Assembly (NCBI GenBank): GCA_965218355.1
Contig: CBDCKV010000008.1
Coordinates: 50,634 to 114,633, forward strand
Reading direction: 5' to 3'
DNA length: 64,000 bases
From: Flavobacteriaceae bacterium
GTDB taxonomy: Bacteria; Bacteroidota; Bacteroidia; Flavobacteriales; Flavobacteriaceae
Position numbers and translations under genes: made by a program
The notes under the pieces: generated by a model
Told to the model about the DNA's origin: nothing
Databases searched by the model: none
Seen by the model: the letters and a program-made list of their open reading frames with translations, nothing else
Shown: positions 1 through 10,002 of the stretch, one piece after another
Numbering within the stretch: position 1 is the stretch's first letter
How the letters are laid out: each line of letters begins with the position of its first letter

Positions 1-1350
1 TACTATTTTTTCTGTGTTTTCTGAAGAGAAATCGTCTGTCTCACGAAGTACTTTACAAAGTTCTGTAAGAATTTGTGGCGTGCCTTCTTTCCAATTCTTT
101 TTTGTTGCTTTTGCATCATACTCAGAAGGATTTATAAAAAAGAAGCTAGACAATGCCCAGAAGTCGTGTACAAAAATAGCGCGTTCCTTTACAAGACCAA
201 CCACTTTTTCTACATATGGTCGAGTAGCGGTTATTTGGTTACTTTCCAATATTGGAAGAAATAAGTCAGCTAAAAAAGCATCCGATTTGGTTTGTAAATA
301 CTGTTGATTAAACCAATTGGTTTTGTCGGGGTTAAATTTAGCGCCAGACTTACTAACTCTTTCTAAATCAAATGATTTTACAAGGCTTTCTAGCGAAAAA
401 ATTTCTTGTTCAGTTCCTGGGTTCCACCCTAAGAAAGCCAACATGTTTATAAAAGCATCAGCAAAATAACCATCTTCTTTATACCCTTTAGAAACCTCTT
501 GTGTTTCTTCATCGGTATATGCTAAAGGAAATACAGGAAAACCAAGTTTAGCACCATCACGTTTGCTTAATTTCCCTTTTCCTACAGGTTTTAATATTAA
601 CGGAAGGTGTGCAAATTTAGGAGCTTCCCAAGAAAATGCTTTGTACAATAAAATATGTAGAGGCATCGAAGGCAACCATTCTTCACCGCGAATAACATGA
701 CTTATTTCCATCAAATGATCGTCAACAATATTTGCGAGATGATAAGTAGGCATTCCATCAGATTTAAACAACACTTTATCGTCTAAGGTGTTGGTGTCAA
801 TTTTAATAGTGCCGCGTATTTCGTCTTGCAAGAGAAGTGTTTCGCCTTGTGGAGTTTTAAAACGGATTACATAGGCATCTCCATTTGCTATTTTTTTAGA
901 AGTTTCTTCGGAAGAAAACGAAAGAGAATTGTGTAGTTTTTTACGATTGTGCCAATTGTATATAAATGTTTTCCCGGAAGATTCATGTTCTTTTCTATGT
1001 GTATCCAATTCTTCTGAGGTGTCAAAAGCATAGTACGCCCATCCAGAAGAAATTAATTCATCTGCGTAAGTCTTGTAAAGCTCTTTTCGTTCAGATTGAC
1101 GGTAGGGTCCAAATTTTTCATTTTTACCAGGTCCTTCATCAAAAGGAATGTTACACCAATCTAAGGCATCTATAATGTATTTTTCAGCGTTGGCAACATA
1201 CCGTGTTTGGTCTGTATCTTCAATTCGCAACACAAAAGTACCTCCGTGTTTTTTTGCAAATAAATAATTAAATAAAGCGGTTCTTACACCTCCTATGTGT
1301 AAAGGACCTGTTGGACTTGGAGCAAATCGGACACGTACGTTTGTGGTCAT
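1..1350 (-). CDS. gltX: Glutamate--tRNA ligase (3' end runs off the window; missing from ORF track)
   Basis: Manual minus-strand translation from ATG at 1350: MTTNVRVRFAPSPTGPLHIGG (HIGH-type motif), later RIEDTDQ, RGEEWLPS and KLSKR. Confidence 0.96.
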   Translation of the reverse strand, partial: MTTNVRVRFAPSPTGPLHIGGVRTALFNYLFAKKHGGTFVLRIEDTDQTRYVANAEKYIIDALDWCNIPFDEGPGKNEKFGPYRQSERKELYKTYADELISSGWAYYAFDTSEELDTHRKEHESSGKTFIYNWHNRKKLHNSLSFSSEETSKKIANGDAYVIRFKTPQGETLLLQDEIRGTIKIDTNTLDDKVLFKSDGMPTYHLANIVDDHLMEISHVIRGEEWLPSMPLHILLYKAFSWEAPKFAHLPLILKPVGKGKLSKRDGAKLGFPVFPLAYTDEETQEVSKGYKEDGYFADAFINMLAFLGWNPGTEQEIFSLESLVKSFDLERVSKSGAKFNPDKTNWFNQQYLQTKSDAFLADLFLPILESNQITATRPYVEKVVGLVKERAIFVHDFWALSSFFFINPSEYDAKATKKNWKEGTPQILTELCKVLRETDDFSSENTEKIV

Positions 1351-1370
1351 TAAGTATTGGTTTTAAAAAG

Positions 1371-1378
1371 CAAAGATA
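1371..1378 (-). promoter_or_regulatory. Bacteroidota -7 element (TATCTTTG) for gltX
   Basis: Matches TAnnTTTG 20 nt upstream of gltX ATG. Confidence 0.65.
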
Positions 1379-1482
1379 CTTTTTATAAAGCAACAAACCA
1401 TAACTGTATTCAAAACAATAGACAGGTAATATGTACCGTAAATTATTGTTGAAAGACACCTGGAAAAAGAGGGTAAATTTAC

Positions 1483-1516
1483 TTTGAAAAAAGTACAAAG
1501 ACAATCCGTATCTTTG
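1483..1516 (+). promoter_or_regulatory. Bacteroidota promoter for ybeY-mnmG (TTTG -33, TATCTTTG -7)
   Basis: TTTG at 1483-1486 and TATCTTTG at 1509-1516 upstream of ATG 1544. Confidence 0.6.
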
Positions 1517-1543
1517 CCTCAAATAAAAGAAACTAGAAACAGC

Positions 1544-1966
1544 ATGATTAGTTATAATTACGAAACTCCTTTTGCATTGTCTTCTGAAAAAGAAACAACA
1601 GATTGGATACACCAGTGCATTTCAAGAGAAGGATACAGTCTTGGAGAATTGTGTTATATCTTTTGTGATGATGCGTATTTACATAAAATAAATATAGAGT
1701 TTTTACAACACGACACGTTGACGGATATTATTAGTTTTGACAACACCTTAGGGAAGTGTGTTGGTGGTGATGTTTTTATTTCTGTGGAACGCGTTGCGGA
1801 AAACGCAACAGAATTTAACACCTCTTTTGCTAACGAGCTCCACCGAGTCTTAATTCATGGCGTATTGCATTATATGGGTTATAAAGACAAAACGGATGCA
1901 GAAAAAAAAGAAATGAGAGGTAAAGAAGATAATTGTCTATCTTTGTTAAGTACTGATAATCAATAA
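1544..1966 (+). CDS. ybeY: rRNA maturation endoribonuclease YbeY
   Basis: HGVLHYMGYKD metal motif and TDIISF; start moved to ATG 1544, downstream of the promoter. Confidence 0.93.
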   Translation: MISYNYETPFALSSEKETTDWIHQCISREGYSLGELCYIFCDDAYLHKINIEFLQHDTLTDIISFDNTLGKCVGGDVFISVERVAENATEFNTSFANELHRVLIHGVLHYMGYKDKTDAEKKEMRGKEDNCLSLLSTDNQ

Positions 1967-1976
1967 CTTAAACACG

Positions 1977-1992
1977 TGTTTCACGTGAAACA
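1977..1992. promoter_or_regulatory. parS centromere site (perfect palindrome)
   Basis: TGTTTCACGTGAAACA, exact match to the widespread bacterial parS consensus. Confidence 0.92.
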
Positions 1993-2000
1993 TTTATACA

Positions 2001-3878
2001 ATGAGTTTATTTTCAACAACCTATGATGTAATTGTCGTTGGTGGGGGCCACGCAGGAAGCGAGGCTGCTGCTGGAAGCGCTAACATGGGTGCGCGCACAT
2101 TATTGATTACAATGAATTTGCAAAACATTGCACAAATGAGTTGCAATCCAGCGATGGGAGGAATTGCAAAAGGACAAATCGTGAGAGAGATAGATGCGCT
2201 GGGTGGCTACAGTGGAATTGTAACCGATAGAACTGCGGTGCAGTTTAAGATGTTAAACAAATCGAAAGGACCCGCAATGTGGAGTCCAAGAGCCCAGTCT
2301 GACCGCATGCAGTTTGCAGAGACCTGGAGAACGCTTTTAGAGCAAACAGAAAATGTAGATTTTTATCAAGACTCGGTATGTGGCTTGTTGTTTAAAGGCG
2401 ATACTATTGTAGGTGTAAAAACAGCGCTAGGGCTAGAAATTAAAGCAAAAACAGTTATTGTAACTGCAGGAACTTTTTTAAATGGACTGATTCATATTGG
2501 TGAAAAAACATTTGGTGGCGGCCGCGCAGGCGAAAGTGCCGCTACAGGAATTACAGAAGAATTGGTTGCAAAAGGATTTGAGTCTGGGAGAATGAAGACA
2601 GGAACTCCGCCAAGAGTTGATGCACGTTCTTTAGATTATTCTAAAATGACCGAACAACCTGGTGATGCGGTTCCGGAGAAGTTTTCATACCTACCAAGCA
2701 TACAACCGTTACAAAAACAAAAATCGTGCTGGCTAACACATACCAACAAGGAGGTGCATGATCTGTTGCGAGAAGGCTTTGATAGATCTCCGATGTTTAA
2801 TGGAAGAATTCAATCTACAGGCCCGCGTTATTGCCCTTCTGTTGAAGATAAAATAGATCGATTTGCCGAGAAAGAAAGCCACCAAGTATTTGTGGAGCCA
2901 GAAGGATGGACCACTGCAGAAACCTATGTAAATGGTTTCTCTACCTCCTTGCCAGAAGATGTGCAAGACAAAGCGATTCGTTTAATTCCTGGCTTTGAAA
3001 ACGTGAAATTTTTTAGATACGGATACGCCATTGAGTACGACTACTTTCCTCCTACGCAACTCACCCATTCTTTAGAAACAAAACGCATAAAGAACCTCTT
3101 TTTTGCAGGTCAAATTAACGGAACAACAGGCTACGAAGAAGCTGCCGCCCAAGGTTTAATGGCCGGGGTAAATGCCGCTTTAAAAACACAAAATAAAGAG
3201 CCGTTTATCTTAAAAAGAAACGAGGCGTATATTGGTGTTTTAATAGATGACTTAATTACAAAAGGCACAGAAGAGCCGTATCGTATGTTTACTTCTCGAG
3301 CAGAATACAGAACGCTCTTACGACAAGACAATGCCGACCTTCGATTGACCCCGCGTTCTTACGCAATAGGATTGGCTTCTAAAGAACGATTAGATCTTGT
3401 ACATGCGAAGGTGGATAAAACACAGAAACTCATCAAATATATTACCAACCTTAGTGTTAAGAAAGAAGAGTTAAACCCGTTGTTGAGTGCTAAGAATTTG
3501 GCTCTTGTCAACCAAACGGTTAAATTATTTAAAGTGGTTGCAAGACCGCAATTAACACTCTCAGATTTCCTTTTTATTGAGCGCTTACAAACATTTATTA
3601 CAACGCTAGACGCTAACAGAGAGATCTTAGAGCAAGTAGAAATACATTTTAAATACGCGGGTTATATCGAGAAAGAAAAGAACAATGCAGACAAATTGAA
3701 TCGTTTAGAAAACGTAGCGATTCCTGCAAATTTTGACTACCATAAAGTGAAGTCTCTTTCTTATGAAGCACGCGAAAAATTAGAGAAAATTCAACCTACA
3801 TCAATCTCGCAAGCAAGTAGAATTAGCGGAGTCTCTCCAAGCGATCTCTCGGTCTTACTAGTCTATATGGGGCGATAA
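2001..3878 (+). CDS. mnmG: tRNA uridine-5-carboxymethylaminomethyl(34) synthesis enzyme MnmG (GidA)
   Basis: GGGHAG FAD motif, MSCNPAMGG, GPRYCPSVEDK, AGQINGTTGYEEAAAQG. Confidence 0.98.
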   Translation: MSLFSTTYDVIVVGGGHAGSEAAAGSANMGARTLLITMNLQNIAQMSCNPAMGGIAKGQIVREIDALGGYSGIVTDRTAVQFKMLNKSKGPAMWSPRAQSDRMQFAETWRTLLEQTENVDFYQDSVCGLLFKGDTIVGVKTALGLEIKAKTVIVTAGTFLNGLIHIGEKTFGGGRAGESAATGITEELVAKGFESGRMKTGTPPRVDARSLDYSKMTEQPGDAVPEKFSYLPSIQPLQKQKSCWLTHTNKEVHDLLREGFDRSPMFNGRIQSTGPRYCPSVEDKIDRFAEKESHQVFVEPEGWTTAETYVNGFSTSLPEDVQDKAIRLIPGFENVKFFRYGYAIEYDYFPPTQLTHSLETKRIKNLFFAGQINGTTGYEEAAAQGLMAGVNAALKTQNKEPFILKRNEAYIGVLIDDLITKGTEEPYRMFTSRAEYRTLLRQDNADLRLTPRSYAIGLASKERLDLVHAKVDKTQKLIKYITNLSVKKEELNPLLSAKNLALVNQTVKLFKVVARPQLTLSDFLFIERLQTFITTLDANREILEQVEIHFKYAGYIEKEKNNADKLNRLENVAIPANFDYHKVKSLSYEAREKLEKIQPTSISQASRISGVSPSDLSVLLVYMGR

Positions 3879-3886
3879 ATTTTAGA

Positions 3887-3902
3887 AGTTCCTCGTGGAA
3901 CA
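3887..3902. promoter_or_regulatory. Second, degenerate parS site
   Basis: AGTTCCTCGTGGAACA, 14/16 match to TGTTCCACGTGGAACA, in the 33-nt spacer after mnmG. Confidence 0.75.
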
Positions 3903-3911
3903 TATTGTAAA

Positions 3912-4778
3912 ATGAATACAGATACTTACCTACATAAAGACCTCAATCCTTTTTTAACCTGTACCGATTTTATGGTTTCAAAAGAGTCATTTTCGTTGTT
4001 AGAAAATAAAGAGTACCAGTTGTTAGTTACCAATCCTGCACCAGAAAACACTGCACCATACTATAAGAGCGATACGTATATTTCGCACACCAATAGTAGA
4101 AGAACCTTGTTAGACAAAGCCTATCAATTGGCGAGAACCATTGCTTTAAAAAAGAAAGTGCAGTTGCTGCATTCTTTTCAAACAGCAGAGAAAAAAGTAT
4201 TGGATATTGGCTGTGGCACGGGCGATTTTTTAAAAGCTTGTCAGCAACAAGACTGGACAACCTTTGGAGTAGAGCCCAATGAAGGCGCTCGAAAAACAGC
4301 GAAAAACAAAGGTCTTACTATCGCTGAAAGTCTAAGGGAATTGAACGGGCAAACATTTGATGTTATCACCTTATGGCATGTCTTAGAGCATGTGCCAAAT
4401 CTCACAGAACAAATTGTAACCCTGCAAAAAATGTTGCATCCAAACGGTACTTTGGTTGTGGCGGTGCCAAACTTTAAAAGCTACGACGCCTCATATTATC
4501 AATCGTATTGGGCAGCATATGATGCCCCAAGGCATTTGTGGCATTTTTCAAGAACTTCCATCCAATTATTATTTGCAAACGCAGCCATGGAGCTTGTGCA
4601 AACACTCCCAATGAAATTTGATGCGTATTATGTTTCTTTGTTGAGCGAAAAAAACAAACACAAGCGTTTTCGTCCTTTACATGCTTTTTGGGTTGGTTTG
4701 CTTTCCAATTTAAAAGCGAGACGTTCTTTAGAAGCTTCTTCGCATATATATATCTTAAAAAACAAGAGAATACATTAA
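3912..4778 (+). CDS. Class I SAM-dependent methyltransferase
   Basis: VLDIGCGTG motif I; FDVITLWHVLEH. Confidence 0.88.
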   Translation: MNTDTYLHKDLNPFLTCTDFMVSKESFSLLENKEYQLLVTNPAPENTAPYYKSDTYISHTNSRRTLLDKAYQLARTIALKKKVQLLHSFQTAEKKVLDIGCGTGDFLKACQQQDWTTFGVEPNEGARKTAKNKGLTIAESLRELNGQTFDVITLWHVLEHVPNLTEQIVTLQKMLHPNGTLVVAVPNFKSYDASYYQSYWAAYDAPRHLWHFSRTSIQLLFANAAMELVQTLPMKFDAYYVSLLSEKNKHKRFRPLHAFWVGLLSNLKARRSLEASSHIYILKNKRIH

Positions 4779-4830
4779 ATAACCTCCTTAAAGCGGTTTA
4801 CGCACCTCTATTGAAGCAAGGGCTTTCAAA

Positions 4831-4877
4831 ATCAAAAAACCTGCTTAAAATGATTGTTTTAAGCAGGTTTTTTTGAT
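4831..4877. terminator. Bidirectional intrinsic terminator
   Basis: 17-bp inverted repeat AAAAAACCTGCTTAAAA / TTTTAAGCAGGTTTTTT between convergent genes. Confidence 0.85.
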
Positions 4878-4914
4878 AAATATAACTTATAGCTTCCTTT
4901 TAAAGGAATAAGTT

Positions 4915-5313
4915 TTAGCTATGTAGTAGAAAAACACCAAAGATGGTTACAATAAAATAAACAGTCAGGCTCATTGCACCTACATAATCTTTTGCGAGTC
5001 GTTGTCCGATTAAAAGGAAAATTAAACAAATCGCAGCAAACTCAACTCCTAATAAAGCTACTTCATTTGCGCCTGTACTCGCGAGTTGATAGATGCCAAT
5101 ACTCATTAAGATTCCTGCAACAATTTCGAGCACCAAAATAGTTCCTAGCAATAAAGGCACGCTGTTTTTAAGTGGCGACTGTTTGAAGTGCTCTTTTATA
5201 AACGAAACGTTCCCGTTCCAGTCAGTTAATTTGTCAATACCTGATTGTAAAAAAGTGACGGTTAAAAAAAGTAATATTAAAATTTCTGTGGGGTGGTTTC
5301 CTAAAAGTGTCAT
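4915..5313 (-). CDS. DoxX family membrane protein
   Basis: FLQSGIDKL motif, four hydrophobic segments; TACGTTTG -7 element at 5329-5336. Confidence 0.75.
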   Translation of the reverse strand: MTLLGNHPTEILILLFLTVTFLQSGIDKLTDWNGNVSFIKEHFKQSPLKNSVPLLLGTILVLEIVAGILMSIGIYQLASTGANEVALLGVEFAAICLIFLLIGQRLAKDYVGAMSLTVYFIVTIFGVFLLHS

Positions 5314-5354
5314 GAATATGTGTTTTTACAAACGTACTACATAATTTTGATTTT

Positions 5355-6512
5355 TTAAGACTGTTGTGCAACAACTTCCTCTTTTGTGTGTAGCAAGCGT
5401 GTGAGTTTTATAGAGGTGTCTAATAAAATAATTTTTGCATTTCCATTTCGTTCAATATGATACAAGGCGTTATTTACTTCCTTTTCAATGGCTAAAATAT
5501 TACCACTGTGTATAAAAGGAGAAAGCCTATCTAATTGAAAACCAGGTGTTTTGGTTTCTATAAATACCAGGTCTGGTGCTTGGTAATTTAGAAGTAAGGC
5601 TTGTCTAAAAAACTGCAAACAATAGTGCAAGAATTTTTTCTGGGTCTCTCTTCCTTCTTTTGCAATGGTGTCGCTCCATTGAATCAACTCCTCAATAACA
5701 GCCGCGTTTGCTCGTGCTTTAAAAGCGGCACGAATCCACGTAATAAACCAAGTTTCGTATTGAAAGTCGTTTCCGTTGTTTTGGTAACTTTGCAATGCCT
5801 TGTTGTAGTTTCCTGCAGACTGGTGTGCTATTTTTGTTGCAGCGCTCACAGAAACCCCTTCTCTTGCAACCAAGGCATCCGTAATTGTTTGGCTGCTTAA
5901 TACTGGAAAATGCAACGCTTGACAGCGTGACCGAATGGTGTGTAAAAGCTGTTCTTCATTTTCTGTAACCAGTAGGAAAATTGTTTTCTCTGGGGGTTCT
6001 TCTAAGAGTTTTAATAATTTATTTGCGGCAGCAGTATTCATTTTTTCAGCCATCCAAATAATTAAGACCTTGTATCCGCCCTCAAAGGATTTTAAATAAA
6101 GTTTTTTTACAATTTCAGCCGCCTCATCAACACCTATTTTTCCTTGTTTTTTTTCAACACCAATGTGTTGATACCAATTATAGAGACCACCGTAAGGTTG
6201 CTCTTTTACAAAACCTCTCCAAGCAGTTAAAAATAAATTACTAACCGGGTGCTTTTTTACAAGATCATTGGTCGCTACAGGAAAAGAAAAATGCAAATCA
6301 GGATGCTGTAACTTGCTACATTTTAAATCGCTTTCTTCTGGATTTAAAGAAGAACTTCGCAATAAATGCTGTGCATATGCAATGGCCATGGGTAGTGTTC
6401 CAGATCCTTCCTTACCCACAAACAGTTGCGCATGTGGCACCCTGCCGTTTTCGGTAGCTGCTTGTAAGTGTTGTTTTAGGTGCTCTTGCCCAAGAATTTC
6501 GCTAAATTGCAT
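5355..6512 (-). CDS. holB: DNA polymerase III subunit delta'
   Basis: HAQLFVG, HPDLHF, AANKLLKLLEEPP, TIRSRCQ. Confidence 0.93.
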   Translation of the reverse strand: MQFSEILGQEHLKQHLQAATENGRVPHAQLFVGKEGSGTLPMAIAYAQHLLRSSSLNPEESDLKCSKLQHPDLHFSFPVATNDLVKKHPVSNLFLTAWRGFVKEQPYGGLYNWYQHIGVEKKQGKIGVDEAAEIVKKLYLKSFEGGYKVLIIWMAEKMNTAAANKLLKLLEEPPEKTIFLLVTENEEQLLHTIRSRCQALHFPVLSSQTITDALVAREGVSVSAATKIAHQSAGNYNKALQSYQNNGNDFQYETWFITWIRAAFKARANAAVIEELIQWSDTIAKEGRETQKKFLHYCLQFFRQALLLNYQAPDLVFIETKTPGFQLDRLSPFIHSGNILAIEKEVNNALYHIERNGNAKIILLDTSIKLTRLLHTKEEVVAQQS

Positions 6513-6516
6513 GTTA

Positions 6517-6524
6517 CAAATATA
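6517..6524 (-). promoter_or_regulatory. -7 element 4 nt upstream of holB ATG (likely leaderless)
   Basis: TATATTTG-TAAC-ATG on minus strand. Confidence 0.6.
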
Positions 6525-6619
6525 TACTTTTTAGACGGTGGATTTTATGAAAAAGTAGTATTTTCGACACGAATATAAACACCTGTCAAAGACAGCGTTT
6601 CTAAATTTAAAAAGACACC

Positions 6620-7813
6620 ATGAAAACACTTCAAGAGTTTGATTTTAAAAATAAAAAAGCCCTCGTACGAGTGGATTTTAACGTGCCTTTGAATACAAAA
6701 TTTGAGGTTACAGACGCCACTAGAATTGAAGCGGCAAAACCAACGATTTTAAAAATTTTAAACGCAGGTGGCTCAGCTGTTTTAATGTCGCATTTAGGAA
6801 GGCCAAAAGGGGTTGATGCACAATTTTCTTTGAAACACATTGTTGAAACATTGAAAGAAACACTTGGAGTACCTGTTGTGTTTGTTGCGGATTGTATTGG
6901 CGAAAGTGTTGCAACAGCAGTTGCCAATTTAAAACCAGGCACCGTTTTGTTATTGGAAAATCTTCGTTTTTATGAGGAAGAAAAAAAGGGAGATATTACT
7001 TTTGCAAAAGAGCTTTCAGCTTTTGGAAATGTGTACGTAAACGATGCTTTCGGAACTGCACACAGGGCGCATGCCTCTACCGCTGTTATTGCACAATTCT
7101 TTCCGAAGAATAAATGTTTTGGGTTGTTGTTAGAAAAAGAAATTAAAAACATTGACAAAGTATTACACGATAGTAAAAAACCAGTAACAGCAATTTTAGG
7201 AGGGGCAAAAGTGTCTTCTAAAATAGGCGTGATCGAAAACATATTAGAGAAGGTAGACCATATTATTATTGGTGGTGGTATGACTTTTACTTTTGTAAAA
7301 GCATTGGGTGGTGCTATTGGAAACTCTTTGGTTGAGGAGGATAAGTTAACCCTAGCGTTAGAAATTATTGAGAAAGCAAAAGAAAAAAACACCACAATTC
7401 ACCTACCTGTTGACGCTGTAATTGCTGACAGTTTTAGCAATGATGCCCACACTCAAACTGTAGATACTTCAGAAATTCCTGCAGGTTGGATGGGCTTAGA
7501 TGTAGGGCCTAAAACCAGTGAAAAATTCGCAAAAGTACTGGCGAATTCGAAAACTATTTTATGGAACGGTCCGTTGGGTGTTTTTGAAATGACCTCCTTT
7601 TCATCAGGAACTATTGCCTTAGGAGAAGCTGTTGCTGCAGCAACAAAAAAAGGTGCTTTTTCTTTAGTAGGTGGCGGAGACAGTGTGGCAGCAGTAAAAC
7701 AATTTGGTTTTGAAAACCAAGTGAGTTATGTTTCTACCGGAGGTGGCGCGATGCTAGAAATGCTCGAAGGGAAAACCCTACCAGGAATTTCAGCCATTTT
7801 AGCAGAAAAATAA
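6620..7813 (+). CDS. pgk: Phosphoglycerate kinase
   Basis: [37 protein letters not shown]. Confidence 0.98.
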   Translation: MKTLQEFDFKNKKALVRVDFNVPLNTKFEVTDATRIEAAKPTILKILNAGGSAVLMSHLGRPKGVDAQFSLKHIVETLKETLGVPVVFVADCIGESVATAVANLKPGTVLLLENLRFYEEEKKGDITFAKELSAFGNVYVNDAFGTAHRAHASTAVIAQFFPKNKCFGLLLEKEIKNIDKVLHDSKKPVTAILGGAKVSSKIGVIENILEKVDHIIIGGGMTFTFVKALGGAIGNSLVEEDKLTLALEIIEKAKEKNTTIHLPVDAVIADSFSNDAHTQTVDTSEIPAGWMGLDVGPKTSEKFAKVLANSKTILWNGPLGVFEMTSFSSGTIALGEAVAAATKKGAFSLVGGGDSVAAVKQFGFENQVSYVSTGGGAMLEMLEGKTLPGISAILAEK

Positions 7814-7835
7814 CACCGAAAAACACCTTCGCAGT

Positions 7836-8873
7836 ATGAAGTATACCACCCTTCCAAACACCAACATTAAAATAAGTAAAATCTGTTTAGGCACCATGAC
7901 TTTTGGTGAACAAAACTCCTCTTCTGAAGGACATCAGCAATTGGATTACGCCGTTGCAAAAGGGGTTAATTTTATAGACACTGCCGAATTATATTCAGTA
8001 CCCGCAAGACCAGAGACATATGGCGTTACTGAAAAAATTATTGGCAGTTGGTTGCAAAAAACAAAGCAGCGAGACCAATTGGTTTTGGCAAGTAAAATAG
8101 CAGGGCCAGGAGCATACACTGCGCACATAAGAAAAGAAGGGTATACCCAAAAAACTATTTTTGACGCCATAGAAAACAGCTTGAAACGCTTGCAAACAGA
8201 TTATATAGATTTGTATCAGCTACACTGGCCAGAGCGAACCACTAATTATTTTGGTGTGCGAGACTACAAACACGACACCGCAGAGGCTTGGCAAGAAAAC
8301 TATGAGATTGTTTTAGAAGCACTAAACACTGCTGTAAAAGAAGGAAAAATTCGTCAGTATGGAGTATCCAATGAAACCGCTTGGGGCACGATGAAGTTTG
8401 TGCAAGAAGCCGCTAAAAAAAACAGACCACAACTAACAACGATTCAAAACCCGTATTCATTATTATGCCGAACTTTTGAAGGAGCTTTGGCTGAGGTTTC
8501 CATGCGAGAGAATGTTGGTTTGTTGGCTTATTCTCCGTTGGGATTTGGCGTGTTGTCTGGAAAATATTTAAAAGGGAAACAACCAAAAAACACTCGCTTG
8601 AGTTTGTTTCCACGATTTTCAAGATACTCAAGTAAGGAAGCAACAGTTGCCACAGAAAAGTATTTAGAAATTGCTCAAAAAAACGGCATGAGCCTCGCTC
8701 AAATGTCTTTGGCTTGGGTTACGCAACAACCTTGGGTGACTGCCAATATTATTGGAGCGACCAACCTAGAGCAGTTGAAAGAAAATATTGGTTCTATTGC
8801 AATTACGTTGTCTGAAACCGTCATCGATGAGATCAATGAAGTTCACCGCATTTTACCGAACCCAGCTCCGTAA
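7836..8873 (+). CDS. NADP(H)-dependent aldo/keto reductase, Tas-like
   Basis: LGTMTFGEQ, FIDTAELY, DYIDLYQLHWP, GVSNET. Confidence 0.9.
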   Translation: MKYTTLPNTNIKISKICLGTMTFGEQNSSSEGHQQLDYAVAKGVNFIDTAELYSVPARPETYGVTEKIIGSWLQKTKQRDQLVLASKIAGPGAYTAHIRKEGYTQKTIFDAIENSLKRLQTDYIDLYQLHWPERTTNYFGVRDYKHDTAEAWQENYEIVLEALNTAVKEGKIRQYGVSNETAWGTMKFVQEAAKKNRPQLTTIQNPYSLLCRTFEGALAEVSMRENVGLLAYSPLGFGVLSGKYLKGKQPKNTRLSLFPRFSRYSSKEATVATEKYLEIAQKNGMSLAQMSLAWVTQQPWVTANIIGATNLEQLKENIGSIAITLSETVIDEINEVHRILPNPAP

Positions 8874-8880
8874 AAGAAGT

Positions 8881-9849
8881 CTAGTATCCTATTTTTACAC
8901 GCACTCTAGAAAGGACTTCTTGCGCTACTTTAGTTGCTTTTAGAGCACCAATTTCTAACGCTTTGTCTATTTCTTGAGGGTGTTCCATATAGTAATTATA
9001 CCGTGTTCGCACCGTAGAAAATTCTGCAAGAATTAATTCATACAAGGCCTGTTTTGCATGCCCGTACCCATAATTTCCTCCTTCGTAGTTTGCGCGCATG
9101 GTTGTAATTTCTTCTTTAGAAGCCATTAGTTTATAGAGGGCAAAAACGGGATCAGTATCGGGGTTTTTAGGCTCCTCTAAAGGAGTACTATCGGTTTTAA
9201 TACTCATGATTTGCTTTCGCAACTTCTTGTCTGGTAAGAAAATATTGATGAAGTTTCCACGAGATTTACTCATTTTTTCACCATCCGTTCCAGGAACCAA
9301 TTGTGTTTCTTCTCTAATTTTTGCAACAGGAGGCACTAAAGTTTCCCCTACCGCATTGTTAAATCTATTGGCAACATCTCTGGTCATTTCTAGGTGTTGT
9401 AATTGATCTTTTCCAACAGGAACCACTTCTGCATCGTAGAGTAAAATGTCTGCAGCCATTAACATTGGGTAGCTAAACAATCCTGCATTTACATCAGCCA
9501 GTCGGTCTGCTTTGTCTTTAAAACTATGTGCTAAAGTAAGACGTTGGTACGGGAAAAAACAACTCAAATACCAAGAAAGTTCTGCGACTTGCGGCACATC
9601 GCTTTGGCGATAAAACACGGTTTTTTCAATATCAATTCCACAAGCTAACCATGCAGCAGCTGTGCTATAGGTGTTTGCTCTAAGCGCTGTTCCATCTTTA
9701 ATTTGAGTCAAAGAATGCAAGTCTGCAATAAATAAAAAGGATTCATTTTCTGAGCTTTTAGCCATTTCTATTGCAGGCAAAATGGCGCCTAATAAGTTTC
9801 CTAAATGTGGTGTTCCTGTACTTTGTACGCCAGTTAATATTCTTGCCAT
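8881..9849 (-). CDS. trpS: Tryptophan--tRNA ligase
   Basis: HLGN, YPMLMAADIL, VPVGKDQ, KMSKS; TATTTTTG -7 element at 9946-9953. Confidence 0.97.
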   Translation of the reverse strand: MARILTGVQSTGTPHLGNLLGAILPAIEMAKSSENESFLFIADLHSLTQIKDGTALRANTYSTAAAWLACGIDIEKTVFYRQSDVPQVAELSWYLSCFFPYQRLTLAHSFKDKADRLADVNAGLFSYPMLMAADILLYDAEVVPVGKDQLQHLEMTRDVANRFNNAVGETLVPPVAKIREETQLVPGTDGEKMSKSRGNFINIFLPDKKLRKQIMSIKTDSTPLEEPKNPDTDPVFALYKLMASKEEITTMRANYEGGNYGYGHAKQALYELILAEFSTVRTRYNYYMEHPQEIDKALEIGALKATKVAQEVLSRVRVKIGY

Positions 9850-10002
9850 GTACCTCTTTTTAATGTGTTACAAAAAACAGTTTTTTTTTGTAAATTGCAA
9901 TGTGTAATTTATGCGGAAAACGTTTTAAAAAGTACGCACCCTTTGCAAAAATACAGTTTTCGAAAAGAAAACCTAAAAAGAATCTTAATTAGTCTCCTTT
10001 AT

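Noticed and set aside
1351-1543. oriC in the gltX-ybeY spacer
   Set aside because: No clear TTATCCACA-type DnaA box cluster; the spacer is explained by divergent promoters
14-1612. Short ORFs 14-307, 73-264, 966-1175 and 1268-1612
   Set aside because: Shadows of gltX/ybeY; the real gene is the minus-strand gltX frame missing from the track because it runs off the window
9850-9945. T-box or attenuator in the trpS leader
   Set aside because: Only an A/T hairpin (TTACAAAAAA...TTTTTTGTAA); no T-box consensus and no Trp leader peptide
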